A stretch of 64,000 bases of DNA from Macrostomum lignano (lineage: Eukaryota): the NCBI GenBank assembly GCA_002269645.1, contig NIVC01003329.1, forward strand, positions 1-64,000, written 5' to 3'. Below are positions 46,396 to 59,600 of this stretch, in pieces. The notes beneath the pieces are model-generated. The model saw only the letters and a program-made list of their open reading frames with translations. It was not told where the DNA came from and ran no database searches. The position numbers and the translations under genes are program-made. Every line of letters begins with the position of its first letter. Positions within the stretch are counted from its first letter, which is position 1.

Positions 46396-47505
46396 CTCTT
46401 CTGTGTCTGTCTCTCCATTATTCTAATTTTTTCTATCTATTTGAACAGATCCTCCCGCGCAAAAAGCAGTCCACCCCGGTGCTTCAAGCGGGCGATTCCT
46501 GGATGAGCAGCAAAAACTATGAAGAAAGCCTGCATAAAAAGAATCGGCACTGAGCGGGAGCGGCAGCTCAAGTGGCGCGGCAGCCGCTGCACGGCTTCAA
46601 ATAAAAAGTCCAGCCGGCCACCTGCCGCCCGGAGGCGGGCAGCCGAGCCGAGGGAAAGCAGAAAATCCCAGCCGGGCGCTGAGGCAGGCGAAGGGAAAGC
46701 GAACGGGGGATCTCAGAAGTGCAGCCGCGAGTGCCGCAGTAGCCACACAGGCCTGCCGTGGGCGCGGGGCGGAACCGGGGAGGGGGCGACCGCCTCAAAC
46801 AGGCGCGCTGGAGCAGCCAGCGGACCCTCCGAGTAGCTCGTGCTGCCCGAGGGTTCCGCAACTCTGAAAGGCTCGCGTGACCACCCGGATGCGGTGGCAG
46901 CCCCTGCATTCTTTCTTTCTTTCTGTCTCTCAGGAGGCCAGGACCCGCTGCCGGAGGAGAGAGAGAGCGGCAGGGACAGGGAGAAGTGAAAGGTGGAGTC
47001 AAGGACGCCTAAGGTAGAGATCAGAACCGGAAAACACGAGTACCTGATACAGGGGCAGTTTTCTACGGAAATCTCCAGAGATCTCGCATTGGCATACAAA
47101 ATGCATTTGGAAGATGAGAAGTTACCTGCTTTGTCTGATCTTACCTGACAATACCCTACCTTCCGAATCGCAAGTGTCCAGAAGTCCAGAGGGTGAGATG
47201 TTGCAGCTTTAGTGATAAAAACGGAGAAAGTCTCAATCTCGCAAATGCATTTTGCAGTGAAAACCGGCCTGTCGCTCCAGGCGCTCTCTGCGGGTCTCCC
47301 TGGCTGAGCAGCCGGCCGCTGTGGGGAGGGGGGTTGGCCAGGAAATTCTCCCTTCCCGCCCGAGCTCAGCCGGTTGGGCAGCTCAGTGACGCTGCTGGGG
47401 TGGCATCTCAGTTGAGTATCGGGCCACTAGAAATGCTCAAAAACTCCCCAACTCCAGGCCGATCCCGGCTCCCCGAATCCCAGAACCCCGCCCAGCAGCC
47501 GCCTG

Positions 47506-48578
47506 ATGCTGCCGCCATCGCCGAGCATCTTCCCAGTGGACGAGGCCGCCGAGACCAGCAGCAACTCGGACTGCGAGAAGTGCAACAGCAGGTTCGACCA
47601 GAAGCTGCTCACGCTCCGCCAGCAGAGCAGCGGCGGCGGCGGGGAGCCGCAGCAGAGCTCCCAGCAGCGCGGCCTGCTGACCCGCCAGGACGCCGCGCCC
47701 TTCATTGACGACTTCGAAAACTTTGGTGGCGGTGGTGGCGGCGTCGGCCTTCGGGCCCGACTGAAGCGCTGGATGTCGGGGAAGCGCAGCCAAAAGCGAC
47801 GCCACCAGTGGCGCGGCGGCGGCGACAGCCCAGGAGGCGGCGGCAACGGCAAGAGCTACGAGTTCCTGCAGGAAGTGGCGGCCGCGCTGGAGGGCGCTCA
47901 GCACCAGCAGCTGCCTCATCCCGAACGGCGTCAGAAGAGCAGCAGGCAAAAGCCGCTGGGCTCGGCGCCCGCCGGCTTCGGGCTCCCGACGGTGCGAACG
48001 CGCAGCCTGCGCCGCGCCCTCTTTGCCTGCGTGGCGGTGGGCATCGCCGTGTTCCTGCTGCTTGGCACCTGCCTGATCGCCGCCGGCCACGCCTGGAGCC
48101 ACCGACCGGCCATCACGGCGGGCGCCATCTTGGTGATCAGCGGTGGCGGCCTCCTGCTGTACTCCTGCTGCGCCTCCTCGCAGTACCAGACCGAGCACGC
48201 GCCGCCCTCGGTCACCACCGCCGCGGCCCGCTGGGAGAAGCCGGCCTGCCTGCCCGATTTGGAGGGCTTTCAGCAGCCGCCGCTGTCGCCGCCGCCGCCG
48301 CCTCCCCCACCCGCGACGCATTACCAGCAGCCGCCGTCCTCCGCGCCGCCGGTGCCGGGCCGGCCGCCTTTCCTGCCAGCGGCCGGGGCGAGCAGCCGGC
48401 AGGGCAGCCTCTACAGCCTGGCCACCAACGCCGGCGCTGGGGCAGCGAGATGCGGCTGTGCCGGGGCAACTCCATCACGGACATGCTGCACGAGACGGTA
48501 CCAGCCTGCCTGCACCGCCAGCACCACCACCTGCAGCGGCACCGGTCACTGGCGACCGCCATCCCGCTGCCGCTGTGA
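47506..48578 (+). CDS. Unrecognised single-exon two-transmembrane protein with a Pro-rich cytoplasmic tail
   Basis: GC-rich ORF from 47506 with two hydrophobic segments (ALFACVAVGIAVFLLLGTCLIAAG; AITAGAILVISGGGLLLYSCC). After about 48430 the alternative frame (RRWGSEMRLCRGNSITDMLHETV...PLPL*, stop 48578) looks more protein-like, which implies one indel. Confidence 0.65.
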
Positions 48579-49139
48579 GCCTCCGATATCGAGAAGCTGA
48601 CAATAAAATTACAAATTGCTTTGCGGACAGTCTATCGCTGTGAGAGATTGTGCTCATCACAGAGAATTCATTCTTTTGCACAACTTTTTTGCGTCAAATG
48701 CGTCCTGGGACAAAATAAAGTTGCGAGCCAGCGCTAAGTCAGGAACAGGTCGAGTGGTTCGTTTTCTCACAGAGTTCCGCCAGCATTGATCTGTGCGAGC
48801 TCTGATTGACGGCTCGGGTAAAGCAAAACGTCTGAAGGCCGGCGCGAGGGGCGAATCGATCCAGTTTGTTACCTGGCTGTAATTACAGTCCAGTCCATTT
48901 AGGTCGCGGCGCCCGCACAGTCCCGCTCATCAGCGCGCTTCCTCTTCGCAGACGAAGAACAAAGAAAGTGCGCGGAGAGGTCGACATCAATCAGATTCTA
49001 TAATTAGCCCTGCCCTCCGCTTCAGCCGGCACCGTCCGCTAATCTGTTATGGAAACAGAATGCGAGCTGAGCTCAGCTGCAACATTCAAAGCTGAGCCTT
49101 GTGACTCGCGCTTCGGGCTTAGAAAATTCCTATTGACCT

Positions 49140-49380
49140 AAATAGCTAAGCACCTAAGCATCTAAGCACCTAAGCACCTAAGTACCTAAGTACCTAAGTA
49201 CCTAAGTACCTAAGCACCTAAGCACCTAAGCACCTAAGCACTTAAGTTACCTAAGCACCTAAGTACCTAAGTACCTAAGTAACTAAGTACCTAAGTACCT
49301 AAGCAACTGAGCACCTAAGCACCTAAGCACCGAAGCACCTAAGCACCTACATTTAAGTACATAAGTACCTAAGTACGAGT
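49140..49380. repeat. 8-bp minisatellite AAG(C/T)ACCT
   Basis: About 28 units. Confidence 0.9.
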
Positions 49381-49749
49381 ACATTAGTAACTATGGAAAA
49401 GACGTTATCGCGCGTACTCGCAAAACACAACCAGCTCGCACATGTAGCTTAGATAAACTCCATGTCAAGCAGTACTTGTTTGACGTCACGGCAGAAGTTT
49501 TGTTTGATGTCACCAGGGTGGGATTCTGGCGGGGGGGAGGGCAGAGTGCCCCGTTGCCGTCTACAAAGATAAAAAATGACGATCCGCGCAGAGGCGGCTC
49601 TGGCTGTCCGGGACTTTCAAGCAGATTCAGCCGCAGCCGATCCTCTTAGCTCGGCCTGTGTGGCTGCAAAATATCAATTAGGCGAGCACCGGAAATTACT
49701 CGGGCCGAGCAGGCCCGGCAGGCCGGCGGAGAAAGTTTGCTCGGGTAAG

Positions 49750-50860
49750 CTCAGACATGCTCAGATATGCTCAGATGTGCTCAGACATGCTCAGATATGC
49801 TCAGATGTGCCCAGATGTGCTCAGATATGCTCAGATGTGCTCAGGTGTGCTGAGATATGCTGAGATATGCTGAGATATGCTCAGATATGCTCAGGTATGT
49901 TCAGACATGCTCAGGTATGCTCAGATATGCTCAGGTGTGCTGAGATATGCTGAGATATGCTGAGATATGCTCAGATGTGCTCAGATGTGCCCAGTTTGCT
50001 CAGATGTGCTCAGATATGCTCAGATATGCTCAGGTATGCTCAGATGTGCTCAGATTTGCTCAGATGTGCTCTGATATGCTCAGGTATGCTCAGGTATGCT
50101 CAGACATGCTCAGGTATGCTCATATATGCTCCGGTATGCTCAGATATGCTCAGACATGCTCAGGTATGCTCATATATGCTCCGGTATGCTCAGATATGCT
50201 CAGACATGCTCAGGTATGCTCATATATGCTCCGGTATGCTCAGATGTGCTCAGAAATGCTCAGGTATGCTCAGGTATGCTCAGACATGCTCAGGTATGCT
50301 CATATATGCTCCGGTATGCTCAGATATGCTCAGACATGCTCAGGTATGCTCATATATGCTCCGGTATGCTCAGATATGCTCAGACATGCTCAGGTATGCT
50401 CATATATGCTCCGGTATGCTCAGATATGCTCAGACATGCTCAGGAATGCTCATATATGCTCCGGTATGCTCAGATGTGCTCAGATATGCTCAGGTATGCT
50501 CAGGTATGTTCAGACATGCTCAGGTATGCTCATATATGCTCCGGTATGCTCAGATATGCTCAGACATGCTCAGGTATGCTCATATATGCTCCGGTATGCT
50601 CAGATATGCTCAGACATGCTCAGGTATGCTCATATATGCTCCGGTATGCTCAGATATGCTCAGACATGCTCAGGTATGCTCATATATGCTCCGGTATGCT
50701 CAGATATGCTCAGGTATGCTCAGGTATGTTCAGATATGCTCAGGTATGCTCAGGTATGTTCAGATATGCTCAGGTATGCTCAAGTATGCTCAGGTATGCT
50801 CAGATATGCTCAAATATGCTCAGATGTGCTCATATGCTCAGATATGCTCAGGTATGCTCA
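49750..50860. repeat. 10-bp minisatellite ATGCTCAGRY with a 50-bp higher-order repeat
   Basis: About 110 units; the block CAGACATGCT CAGGTATGCT CATATATGCT CCGGTATGCT CAGATATGCT recurs across about 50090-50700. Confidence 0.95.
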
Positions 50861-51709
50861 GCCAAGGCTTAGTCGGACCAAAAAGGCTGCTCAGAGCGCC
50901 CTCATCCAAACATGGCACCGAAACATGGGAAGACAGAAGAAAGAAGAAGCAGAAGAAGAATTGGTAAGCGAATTTCAGCAAAATAATTTGCGCCAAGGAG
51001 CGGCTGCGGAGAACCTCAGAAAATCTGTTTTTCAGTCGATCGCAACTGGTCCGTTACCGCACCTGCCGCTCGAGGAATTTGCAAACGAATTCAGACAGCA
51101 GGGACTCCTAATCGGTTTAAATTGCAATCCGGATAGTTGCCGGTTTCTTCTAGAAGCAGCAAGGTCCAGCGGCGGTTGGACTTGCACTTTGAAAGCTCGA
51201 GCATACAGCAGACGGCAAGTGCAGTTTGGCAGCCTTCTTCTGCCGTACTCAGCTCCCACAGAAGCAGAAATTGAATTTGGCAGCGGGCCGCCCCGACCTG
51301 AAACTGAGCTGTAGGGGCGAGTTCGCGAATTCCTAATTCAATCCGGGCCCCGGGGTGCGAGATGGAAGGGAGATGAGCAGCTCTGAGCACTGGGCGACAG
51401 GCACCGATAGGCCCAGAGGGCAGGGCGCTGAGTCAATTGTGCCGCCTTCGTGCCATCTGTCCGCCTAATTAAACAACTCCAACGGGGGAATCCAGGGTCG
51501 GCATGGATTCCTACAAGTCTGTAGCGGTGATGTGCCGGATATATCCGACACAGTTACCTTTATGGGTGCCCTGCGGTCACTACGGATTGCTGTATAATGT
51601 ACGAATTTTTAGATTATATGTACGAGTAGAGCCTCGGACATGCATGACGAAGTCTGCCGCCCCTGGAGCCAATTTTATAACGCCTTGGTAAAAAATCTAT
51701 GGTTAAAAA

Positions 51710-53100
51710 GCCCCTGGTGCTAAAGCCATGTTGCTAAAGCCATGATGCTAAAGCCTTGTTGCTAAAGCCCCTGTTGCTAAAGCCCCTGTTGCTAAAGCCC
51801 CTGTTGCTAAAGCCCCTGGTGCTAAAGCCCCTGGTTCTAAAGCCCCTGATGCTAAAGCCCCTGGTGCTAAAGCCCCTGATGCTAAAGCCCCTGGTGCCAA
51901 AGCCCCTGTTGCTAAAGCCCTGTTGCTAAAGCCCCTGTTGCTAAAGCCCTTGTTGCTAAAGCCCCTGTTGCTAAAGCCCCTGTTGCTAAAGCCCCTGTTG
52001 CTAAAGCCCCTGTTGCTAAAGCCCCTGTTGCTAAAGCCCCTGGTTCTAAAGCCCCTGATGCTAAAGCCCCTGGTGCCAAAGCCCCTGTTGCTAAAGCCCT
52101 GTTGCTAAAGCCCCTGTTGTTAAAGCCCTTGTTGCTAAAGCCCCTGTTGCTAAAGCTCCTGGTGCTAAAGCCCCTGTTGCTAAAGCCCCTGTTGCTAAAG
52201 CCCCTGGTGCTAAAGCCCCTGGTTCTAAAGCCCCTGATGCTAAAGCCCCTGGTGCCAAAGCCCCTGTTGCTAAAGCCCTGTTGCTAAAGCCCCTGTTGCT
52301 AAAGCCCTTGTTGCTAAAGCCCCTGTTGCTAAAGCCCCTGTTGCTAAAGCCCCTGTTGCTAAAGCCCCTGTTGCTAAAGCCCCTGGTGCTAAAGCCCCTG
52401 GTTCTAAAGCCCCTGATGCTAAAGCCCCTGGTGCCAAAGCCCCTGTTGCTAAAGCCCTGTTGCTAAAGCCCCTGTTGTTAAAGCCCTTGTTGCTAAAGCC
52501 CCTGTTGCTAAAGCCCCTGTTGCTAAAGCCCTGTTGCTAAAGCCCCTGTTGCTAAAGCCCTTGTTGCTAAAGCCCCTGTTGCTAAAGCCCCTGTTGCTAA
52601 AGCCCCTGTTGCTAAAGCCCCTGTTGCTAAAGCCCCTGGTGCTAAAGCCCCTGGTGCTAAAGCCCCTGGTTCTAAAGCCCCTGATGCTAAAGCCCCTGGT
52701 GCTAAAGCCCCTGATGCTAAAGCCCCTGTTGTTAAAGCCCTTGTTGCTAAAGCCCCTGGTGCTAAAGCCCCTGGTTCTAAAGCCCCTGATGCTAAAGCCC
52801 CTGGTGCCAAAGCCCCTGTTGCTAAAGCCCTTGTTGCTAAAGCCCCTGTTGCTAAAGCTCCTGGTGCTAAAGCCCCTGTTGCTAAAGCCCCTGTTGCTAA
52901 AGCCCCTGGTGCTAAAGCTCCGATTCGAAAGCCCCCGGTGCTAAAGCCCCCGGTGCTAAAGCCCTTGTTGCTAATGCCCCTGGTGCTAAAACCCCTCGTG
53001 CTAAAGAGCCGGGTGCTAAAGCTCCTGATGCTAAAGCTCCTGGTGCTGAAGAACCTGGTGCTAAAGAACCTTGCTAAAGTGCTATGTGCTAAAGGTGCTA
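51710..53100. repeat. 15-bp minisatellite TGCTAAAGCCCCTG(T/G) with a 179-bp higher-order repeat
   Basis: About 90 units. Single-base deletions recur every 179 bp (ORF starts at 51923, 52102 and 52281). Confidence 0.95.
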
Positions 53101-53858
53101 AAGTATGATTGAGTTGGAATTCTGCAGCTTGTGAATCTCTACTCTCAAAGATTTCGGTCACAGCTTCAAGTAGCAGTCAAAACAGCTGCTGCCATCAGGT
53201 CAGGCATGCGGACCGAAATGCCACGCCGTATTGGTCTGTTAGCAAGCTTTCACTCGCGGGTACGTTCACGGGTGACTTGAGAGCTGTACGCTTAATGACA
53301 ATGAATGCTATTATTGTAGATTAAAGTACATTTTACGAGCTGCCATGTCTCTCTTCTTTGAGCTTTGCACCCTGATAAAGTATTTCGAGCAACATATTGC
53401 GTTGATAAAATGGTAAAACAGCCCTTTCTAAATGCTTTTCTGGCCTCAACGCTGCCATGAGCAAATGGTGCGGTTATGAAGCAACAGTCTACGAGTACAG
53501 AGCGACATAAAATTCTACCGGTGCAGACTGTCCGCCCGCCTCACACTGAATTTCTAATTCGTCTTTGTGTATGATTCTTCATTTAGCCTGTCAGTCTTCC
53601 AAGCCCCAAACCTGAAGACCAGCCTACGACCGCAGGCGTACAGAAAGGTCCGTACTGGAGCGAGGAGCGTTCACTAACTGTACACCAGCGCAGAAAACTG
53701 AGTGTGCACTGCAAACCATGGACTGGAATCTACCCCCCCCCCCCGACCCCTACATTATCTAAGAGTCTAGAAAGTCGTGACCTCGAACAAAAGCAAATAG
53801 AAAAGCTCTCTGAAAGAAAGGCAGCACAGGAGAGCACAAATCAAGGTGAAAGACGGCA

Positions 53859-55481
53859 ATGATGCAGCGACTGTCTGATCTGCTCAGCCAGCAGCAGCCA
53901 GGAACTCTGGCAACACTTGCGGCCACGACAGCCGCTGCAGCCGGCACCCTGTGGCTTGTCAGGGCCTGGTCGACCTCAGGCAGCCGTCAGAAACCTCCTC
54001 TCCCCCCCTGGACCTCGCGGATGGCCGCTCCTGGGCTCCCTGCCCAACATGGATCCGAAAAGGTCGCACGAGTCTGTGCTGGAGCTCTGCAAGACGTTCG
54101 GCCCGATCATCTCCTACAGGCTCGGCTCCCAGCTCTTCATCGTCATCAACGACTACGACTTGGCCAAGGAGCTTCTGGACGATGAAAATTTCACTGGGCG
54201 CTCGCGGTCGGTGGTAATCCAACGGCAGACTGGCGGCTGCGGCCTACTGTTCAGCGAGGGCTTGCTCTGGAAGCAGCACCGGCGACTGGCGCTGAAGACC
54301 CTGCGGGACTTCGGCTTCGCTAAAGACCGATCTGTGGAGATGGTCAACATCCAGCTGGACGACATCCTGACTGACCTGCGCGACGCCAGCGAGTCAGCGC
54401 GTCCGTTGAACATCCTGGACACATTCACCGAGGCCACCAACGCCGTCATCGCCACGCTGACTCTGGGCAGGCAGTTCAGGCGCGGCGACCCGGAGCTCGA
54501 ATTCGTGCGAACAGCTGCTCGCCGCCTGTTCGCGGGCAGGCCGCTGCAGAACCTGCCGTTTCTGTTCCCCTGGACCGACTACATCGTGCGGCTGTTCCCG
54601 ACCTCGAACGAGCAGAACCTCGTCAACATGGAGATTCTCGAGTTCATCCAGCGCCAGGTGCAGGAGCGCCTGAAACTCATGGGTGCCGACATAGAAGGCT
54701 TTGAGCCCGAGTGCCTCTGCGATGTGTACATCAAAGAGAGGCAGAAGGCTGAGGCAGCTGGAGACTTTGAAAGCTTCAAGGACATGCAGGTTTGTGCTTT
54801 CAGTCCATTTGAACTATTCAGTCTCTCGTATCTCTCAAAAAATCCAACATCCTGCAGGTTCTCCGCGTGGTGATGGAGCTGTTCATGGCCGGCACGGACA
54901 CCACGGCCCGCAGCCTGGAGTGGCTGCTGCTCTACATGGCGTTCGAGCAGGACTGGCAGTCCCGGGTGCAAGCCGAACTTGACAGAGTCATTGACGGCGA
55001 GCGCAGGCCGTCCATGAGGGACAGGGACCAGCTGCCGCTCACCTGCGCCGTCATCGAGGAGACTTACCGCATCGTGTCGCTGACTCCGTTTGCGCTGTTC
55101 CACCCCGCGACGCAGGAGGACACAGTCTTTCACGGCTACAGCTTCCCGACGAATGCACTGATCTTCCCGTTCACCTACGGCATGTCGCGAGATCCCAAGG
55201 TGTGGGCTCGACCGAATGAGTTTCACCCGGAGCACTTCCTGCGGCCGGACGGCTGCTTCGCAGGTTCCGGCAAGAACATCCCGTTCTCCATGGGCCGTCG
55301 AGTGTGCGTTGGCGAGTCGCTGGGTCGCATGGAGGTCTTCCTCATCTTCTCAGCCGTGATGAAGCTGTTCAAAGTTTGCATGGCGGATGAGTATCTGAGC
55401 AAGCGGGAGGACATCCTGCGCGGCAGTCTGGGCATTCTGAGAATTCCCGGCGACTACCGGCTGCTGTTTGAGGCCCGCTAG
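53859..55481 (+). CDS. Cytochrome P450, CYP2 clan, 2 exons, about 517 aa (one +1 indel in a C-run near 54005)
   Basis: Exons 53859-54789 and 54858-55481 (68-bp GT..AG intron). N-terminal anchor, then PPGPRGWPLLG, WKQHRR...LRDFGF, AGTDTT, ETYR, PEHF and the heme motif FSMGRRVCVGE. Confidence 0.93.
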
Positions 55482-56714
55482 GTCTGGCGACGTTCTTCGC
55501 TGGGCGAGCCGACGTGACGAATGCTGGCTCTGCCAGTCTCGAATTTGTTGACTGAACTCAGATTTTTAATAACTATTATTGCGCAACTCAATGACTCCAC
55601 GTCCACGAGTGCAGGTATGTATGTACCTGGGTTAGGTTGGATCTATTAAACTTTTGCCAGCTTCATTGTGTTTAATTTGGCCATTTTGCACGAGCTGTTG
55701 CGGATAAATTGCCCAAGCTAGCTAAACCAGTAGTACACATAAAGCGCATTGTGTAACTCCAAATCTATTGACAAAATATACTAGTAGGCATGCATTGTTA
55801 AAATCACAACAGAGATAAATCAGATAATTTTTTTCTGAGAACACCTCCGTTTTACAAGAAGTATTACTGCGGCGAGGGGGGCAGAGCTCAGCGGTATGTC
55901 AACGAGGGCCAACGCCCAAGGCCCAGAGTGTCATAGAAAAATGAATAAACAGGAGATATTTTATACTTATCCTCCACTTTTCCCGGTATCCGTGTGTGCA
56001 TATGGGTGCTCAGGGGTCAGCGGAATGCTCATGTCTGCTTGTCTTCTCTGTCGGCTGTCACTTTGCCCCCCCCCTTTGAGAACTACATGCATGTGTACTT
56101 ATTATCTACTGCCATGCGAGAAATGTCTAAAAAGATAGCAGAGTGAAACGTAGCACAAAGGCAGGGGGCTTGTTAGCAGAGGCCTCCCCGAGCAGACAGG
56201 GAAGCTGGGCTCATGGGCAATCGATAGCTGCTGCATCGCCACTAATCAGGACCGGGGCATCTGATACTTCGCGTAATTGCGGCTTGTCTCCGGTCTGTGA
56301 GCAGCTCCGCTCAACAGCCCGCCCACTGGAGCAGCTGCCTGGTGCTCGGAGGGTAAAAGCGACTTTGTCGCAGCTGAGGGCGGCGGAGGCGCTTTTTTAC
56401 CTCCCTCCCTCTGCATTTCGAGGAGCCGACTTCGGCTCTCGGAAGCAACTAATTGGGGCCGCGGCAGTCGGGGCTGCTGCAGCGAAGCGCCCGAGAGTCA
56501 GAGATTTAATTGACAGCGAGTACTTTTGAACCGCTCGAGACAGCGGCTGAAACATTGCGGATTTTTCTGGGTTTTTTTCTGGGCCACTTGCATATTGCTA
56601 GTTTAGCCAGAGTTGGCAGGTCAGCATGCAGATGAACCAGCTGATTGCGCCACTCCGGAAGCTAAATAGGACAGCTTATTAATTTCAGTTCTGTTCACAA
56701 AGCTTAGATACATT

Positions 56715-57195
56715 GCTGTGCCCCAGCTGCACCCACCTCCCCATTCTTTCTTCCCCAGTTATGCGCGGCTCAGCCTGATTGGCTGCCCCTCTCTGGCTGC
56801 TCCCCAGCTGCACCCACCTCCTCATTCTTTCTGCCCCAGTTATGCGCAGCCCAGCCTGATTGGCTGCCCCTCTCTGGCTGCTCCCCAGCTGCACCCACCT
56901 CCTCATTCTTTCTGCCCCAGTTATGCGCATCCCAGCCTGATTGGCTGCCCCTCTCTGGCTGCTCCCCAGCTGCACCCACCTCCTCATTCTTTCTGCCCCA
57001 GTTATGCGCAGCCCAGCCTGATTGGCTGCCCCTCTCTGGCTGCTCCCCAGCTGCACCCACCTCCTCATTCTTTCTGCCCCAATTATGCACGGCCCAGCCT
57101 AATTGGCTGCCCCTCTCTGGCTGCTCCCCAGCTGCACCCACCTCCTCATTCTTTCTGCCCCAATTATGCGCGGCCCAGCCTAATTAGCTGCTCCT
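56715..57195. repeat. 81-bp minisatellite
   Basis: About 6 units with period 81 (CCCCAGCTGC at 56721, 56802, ...). Confidence 0.93.
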
Positions 57196-58154
57196 CTCTG
57201 CTCTACCCCCTTCTCTATCCCTGTGCATTGTCGTGTTTTTCTATCATAGAGAATCATTGCTACAACAACAGAATAATAAATGAAGGGCATCAGGCCATTC
57301 TATACCCGTAGATAGAGCACCACACGAGGTTGAATAAATAAGTTATTATTGGCCATTTAGCAGTTATTAAGTCTCCAGCCGAGTTGGGGAAGTGCAGATA
57401 GACTCGTAGCGATGGGAAATCTAATTGCAAATCGGTCCCTGCGAAGTTCCGAAGCTGTTCGAGTCGACCTCTATTTTATTAATCCTAAGCCAGATCCCAA
57501 GGCCCGGGATTTGTCGGGGACTGGAGCCTGAGCTCTCGCGGCAGATTTTAGGATTTGTTAACCGATGCCGGGCATGCAGAGAGGGAGGCAGTGACGGTGA
57601 AATTAGCAGCCTCCGATGAGGCATCCCATCAATGCTAGTGCCGTCTGCAGCGCTCTGACAACATGGCTGGATATAGAAATATTTTTATAACTCAACTCAA
57701 CAGATGCAAATGAGACATCTGAGCAGAATGACTGCGAGCACGGGGGATCTGCTTCAGCGTGGCTCATCTGAGCAGGACCCAAAAAAGACTAATTAGTTTT
57801 TTAGCCCCACAGCAGGTCTCCAGCGGGCACAGAAGGCAGTGATTAAAAGTGAAGAAAAGATAGCTCGGTGTTAATTTAGATTTCCAGTGGGACCGAGCCG
57901 CTGATGCCGCGGATCGAGCAGAGATTCCATGATTGCCACGCAAGGCTCTGAACGCAAGCCGGTAATTACAGGATTCCGGATTTCAGCACTCCCTGTTGCA
58001 AGCGACACCTGCAATTGGCACCTTCGCCGCTGCAGACCGTATCTATTTTAGCTAACTTGGCGCGCGGTATATATTTACTATTTTTATTTTTTACAGAGAA
58101 ATATTTTTAGTCTAGGTAAGCAACACTTCATGCTTGAACTCCTACTTTAAGATG

Positions 58155-58345
58155 AGATGGGCCTCCTATCTCTGCAATGATAGCCGTCCCCAATTTACAG
58201 AGATGGGCCTCCTATCTCTGCAGTGCTAGCCGTCCCCAATGTACAGAGATGGGCCTCCTATCTGTGCAGTGCTAGCCGTCCCCACTGTACAGAGATGGGC
58301 CTCCTATCTGTGCAGTGCTAGCCGTCCCCAATGTACAGAGATGGG
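58155..58345. repeat. 46-bp tandem repeat AGATGGGCCTCCTATCTGTGCAGTGCTAGCCGTCCCCAATGTACAG
   Basis: About 4 units. Confidence 0.88.
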
Positions 58346-59211
58346 TCTCCACTGCATGCTTTTTCAATGGCGGAACAATGACCAAAACTGGATAATTTCG
58401 ATGAGTCAAAATGAGATGAACAATCAAAAGTATTGAATCATTTAAATTGGCTTAATAATAGCAAATTTATAAAGATTATGCTCGTAAGATTATTCTTAAC
58501 AGAAAGGATTGCATATTGATTACCTGAGTTACATGATTAAATAATTATGCGAGAAGAGCAGTCTGAGCGGTAGGGGCAATGGGGTTCAATGTAATAAAAT
58601 TCGAATTCGGGAAATCAAGCACACTTTTATTATAGTATTCAATGTATTGCATTGTTGGGCTCATAAGCTACTCATATCAGTAGTAGCTGTAACAGTACCT
58701 GTTCCAGTTTGCTTCAGTTCGTTTCATCCAGTTCGGTGAATCTGGAAAATGGTTTTGTGTCGCTTTGCTGACTATGCATGTACCCGAACCAATAGAAATT
58801 GATTTACTATACTTTACGATTAAACGGACCGCTCCGTTGAGGTGTCCAGGACCTCTCTTGAGCTTTCTGGCGACGTCCTCGGAGGGCTGTGGTCGTCTCT
58901 GGCACTCAGGGAGCTTCGGACATTGGTGCCCAGTGGGCTGTCCGAGTCTGCGGGAAGGATTAGGAGCTACATTTGACTCCGAGGCTAAGACACAGTCGGC
59001 ACTGGTTGAAATAATGAATTTGTCTCACCCTCGCTTGATGGAGCTTGGACTGGCGGAAAATATTCGCTGATGTGCCCGCTGTCCTCAGCCGGGACGAGAA
59101 TCGCCACGCGGTTTGCAGGGTCGCCGCCGTGACTGCCTGACCGACCTGATTGCGTTTGGGTGGAGCCTTTGTTGCAAATTTTTTATTAGAATTTTATTAG
59201 AATTAAAATTA

Positions 59212-59600
59212 GAAACTAGAGCTAGCCCCATACCAGAAACTAGTCCCATACCAGAAACTAGCCCCATACCAGAAACTAGCCCCATACCAGAAACTAGCCC
59301 CATACCAGAAACTAGCCCCATACCAGAAACTAGCCCCATACCAGAAACTAGCCCCATACCAGAAACTAGCCCCATACCAGAAACTAGCCCCATACCAGAA
59401 ACTAGCCCCATACCAGAAACTAGCCCCATACCAGAAACTAGCCCCATACCAGAAACTAGCCCCATACCAGAAACTAGCCCCATACCAGAAACTAGCCCCA
59501 TACCAGAAACTAGCCCCATACCAGAAACTAGCCCCATACCAGAAACTAGCCCCATACCAGAAACTAGCCCCATATCAGAAACTAGCCCCATACCAGAAGC
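59212..59600. repeat. 18-bp minisatellite GAAACTAGCCCCATACCA
   Basis: About 21 near-identical units. Confidence 0.95.

Noticed and set aside
51710-53100. Histone H1-like AKAPV/AKAPG repeat protein
   Set aside because: The one-base deletions recur at an exact 179-bp period, so they were copied with the array and break any frame. No flanking exon structure was found.
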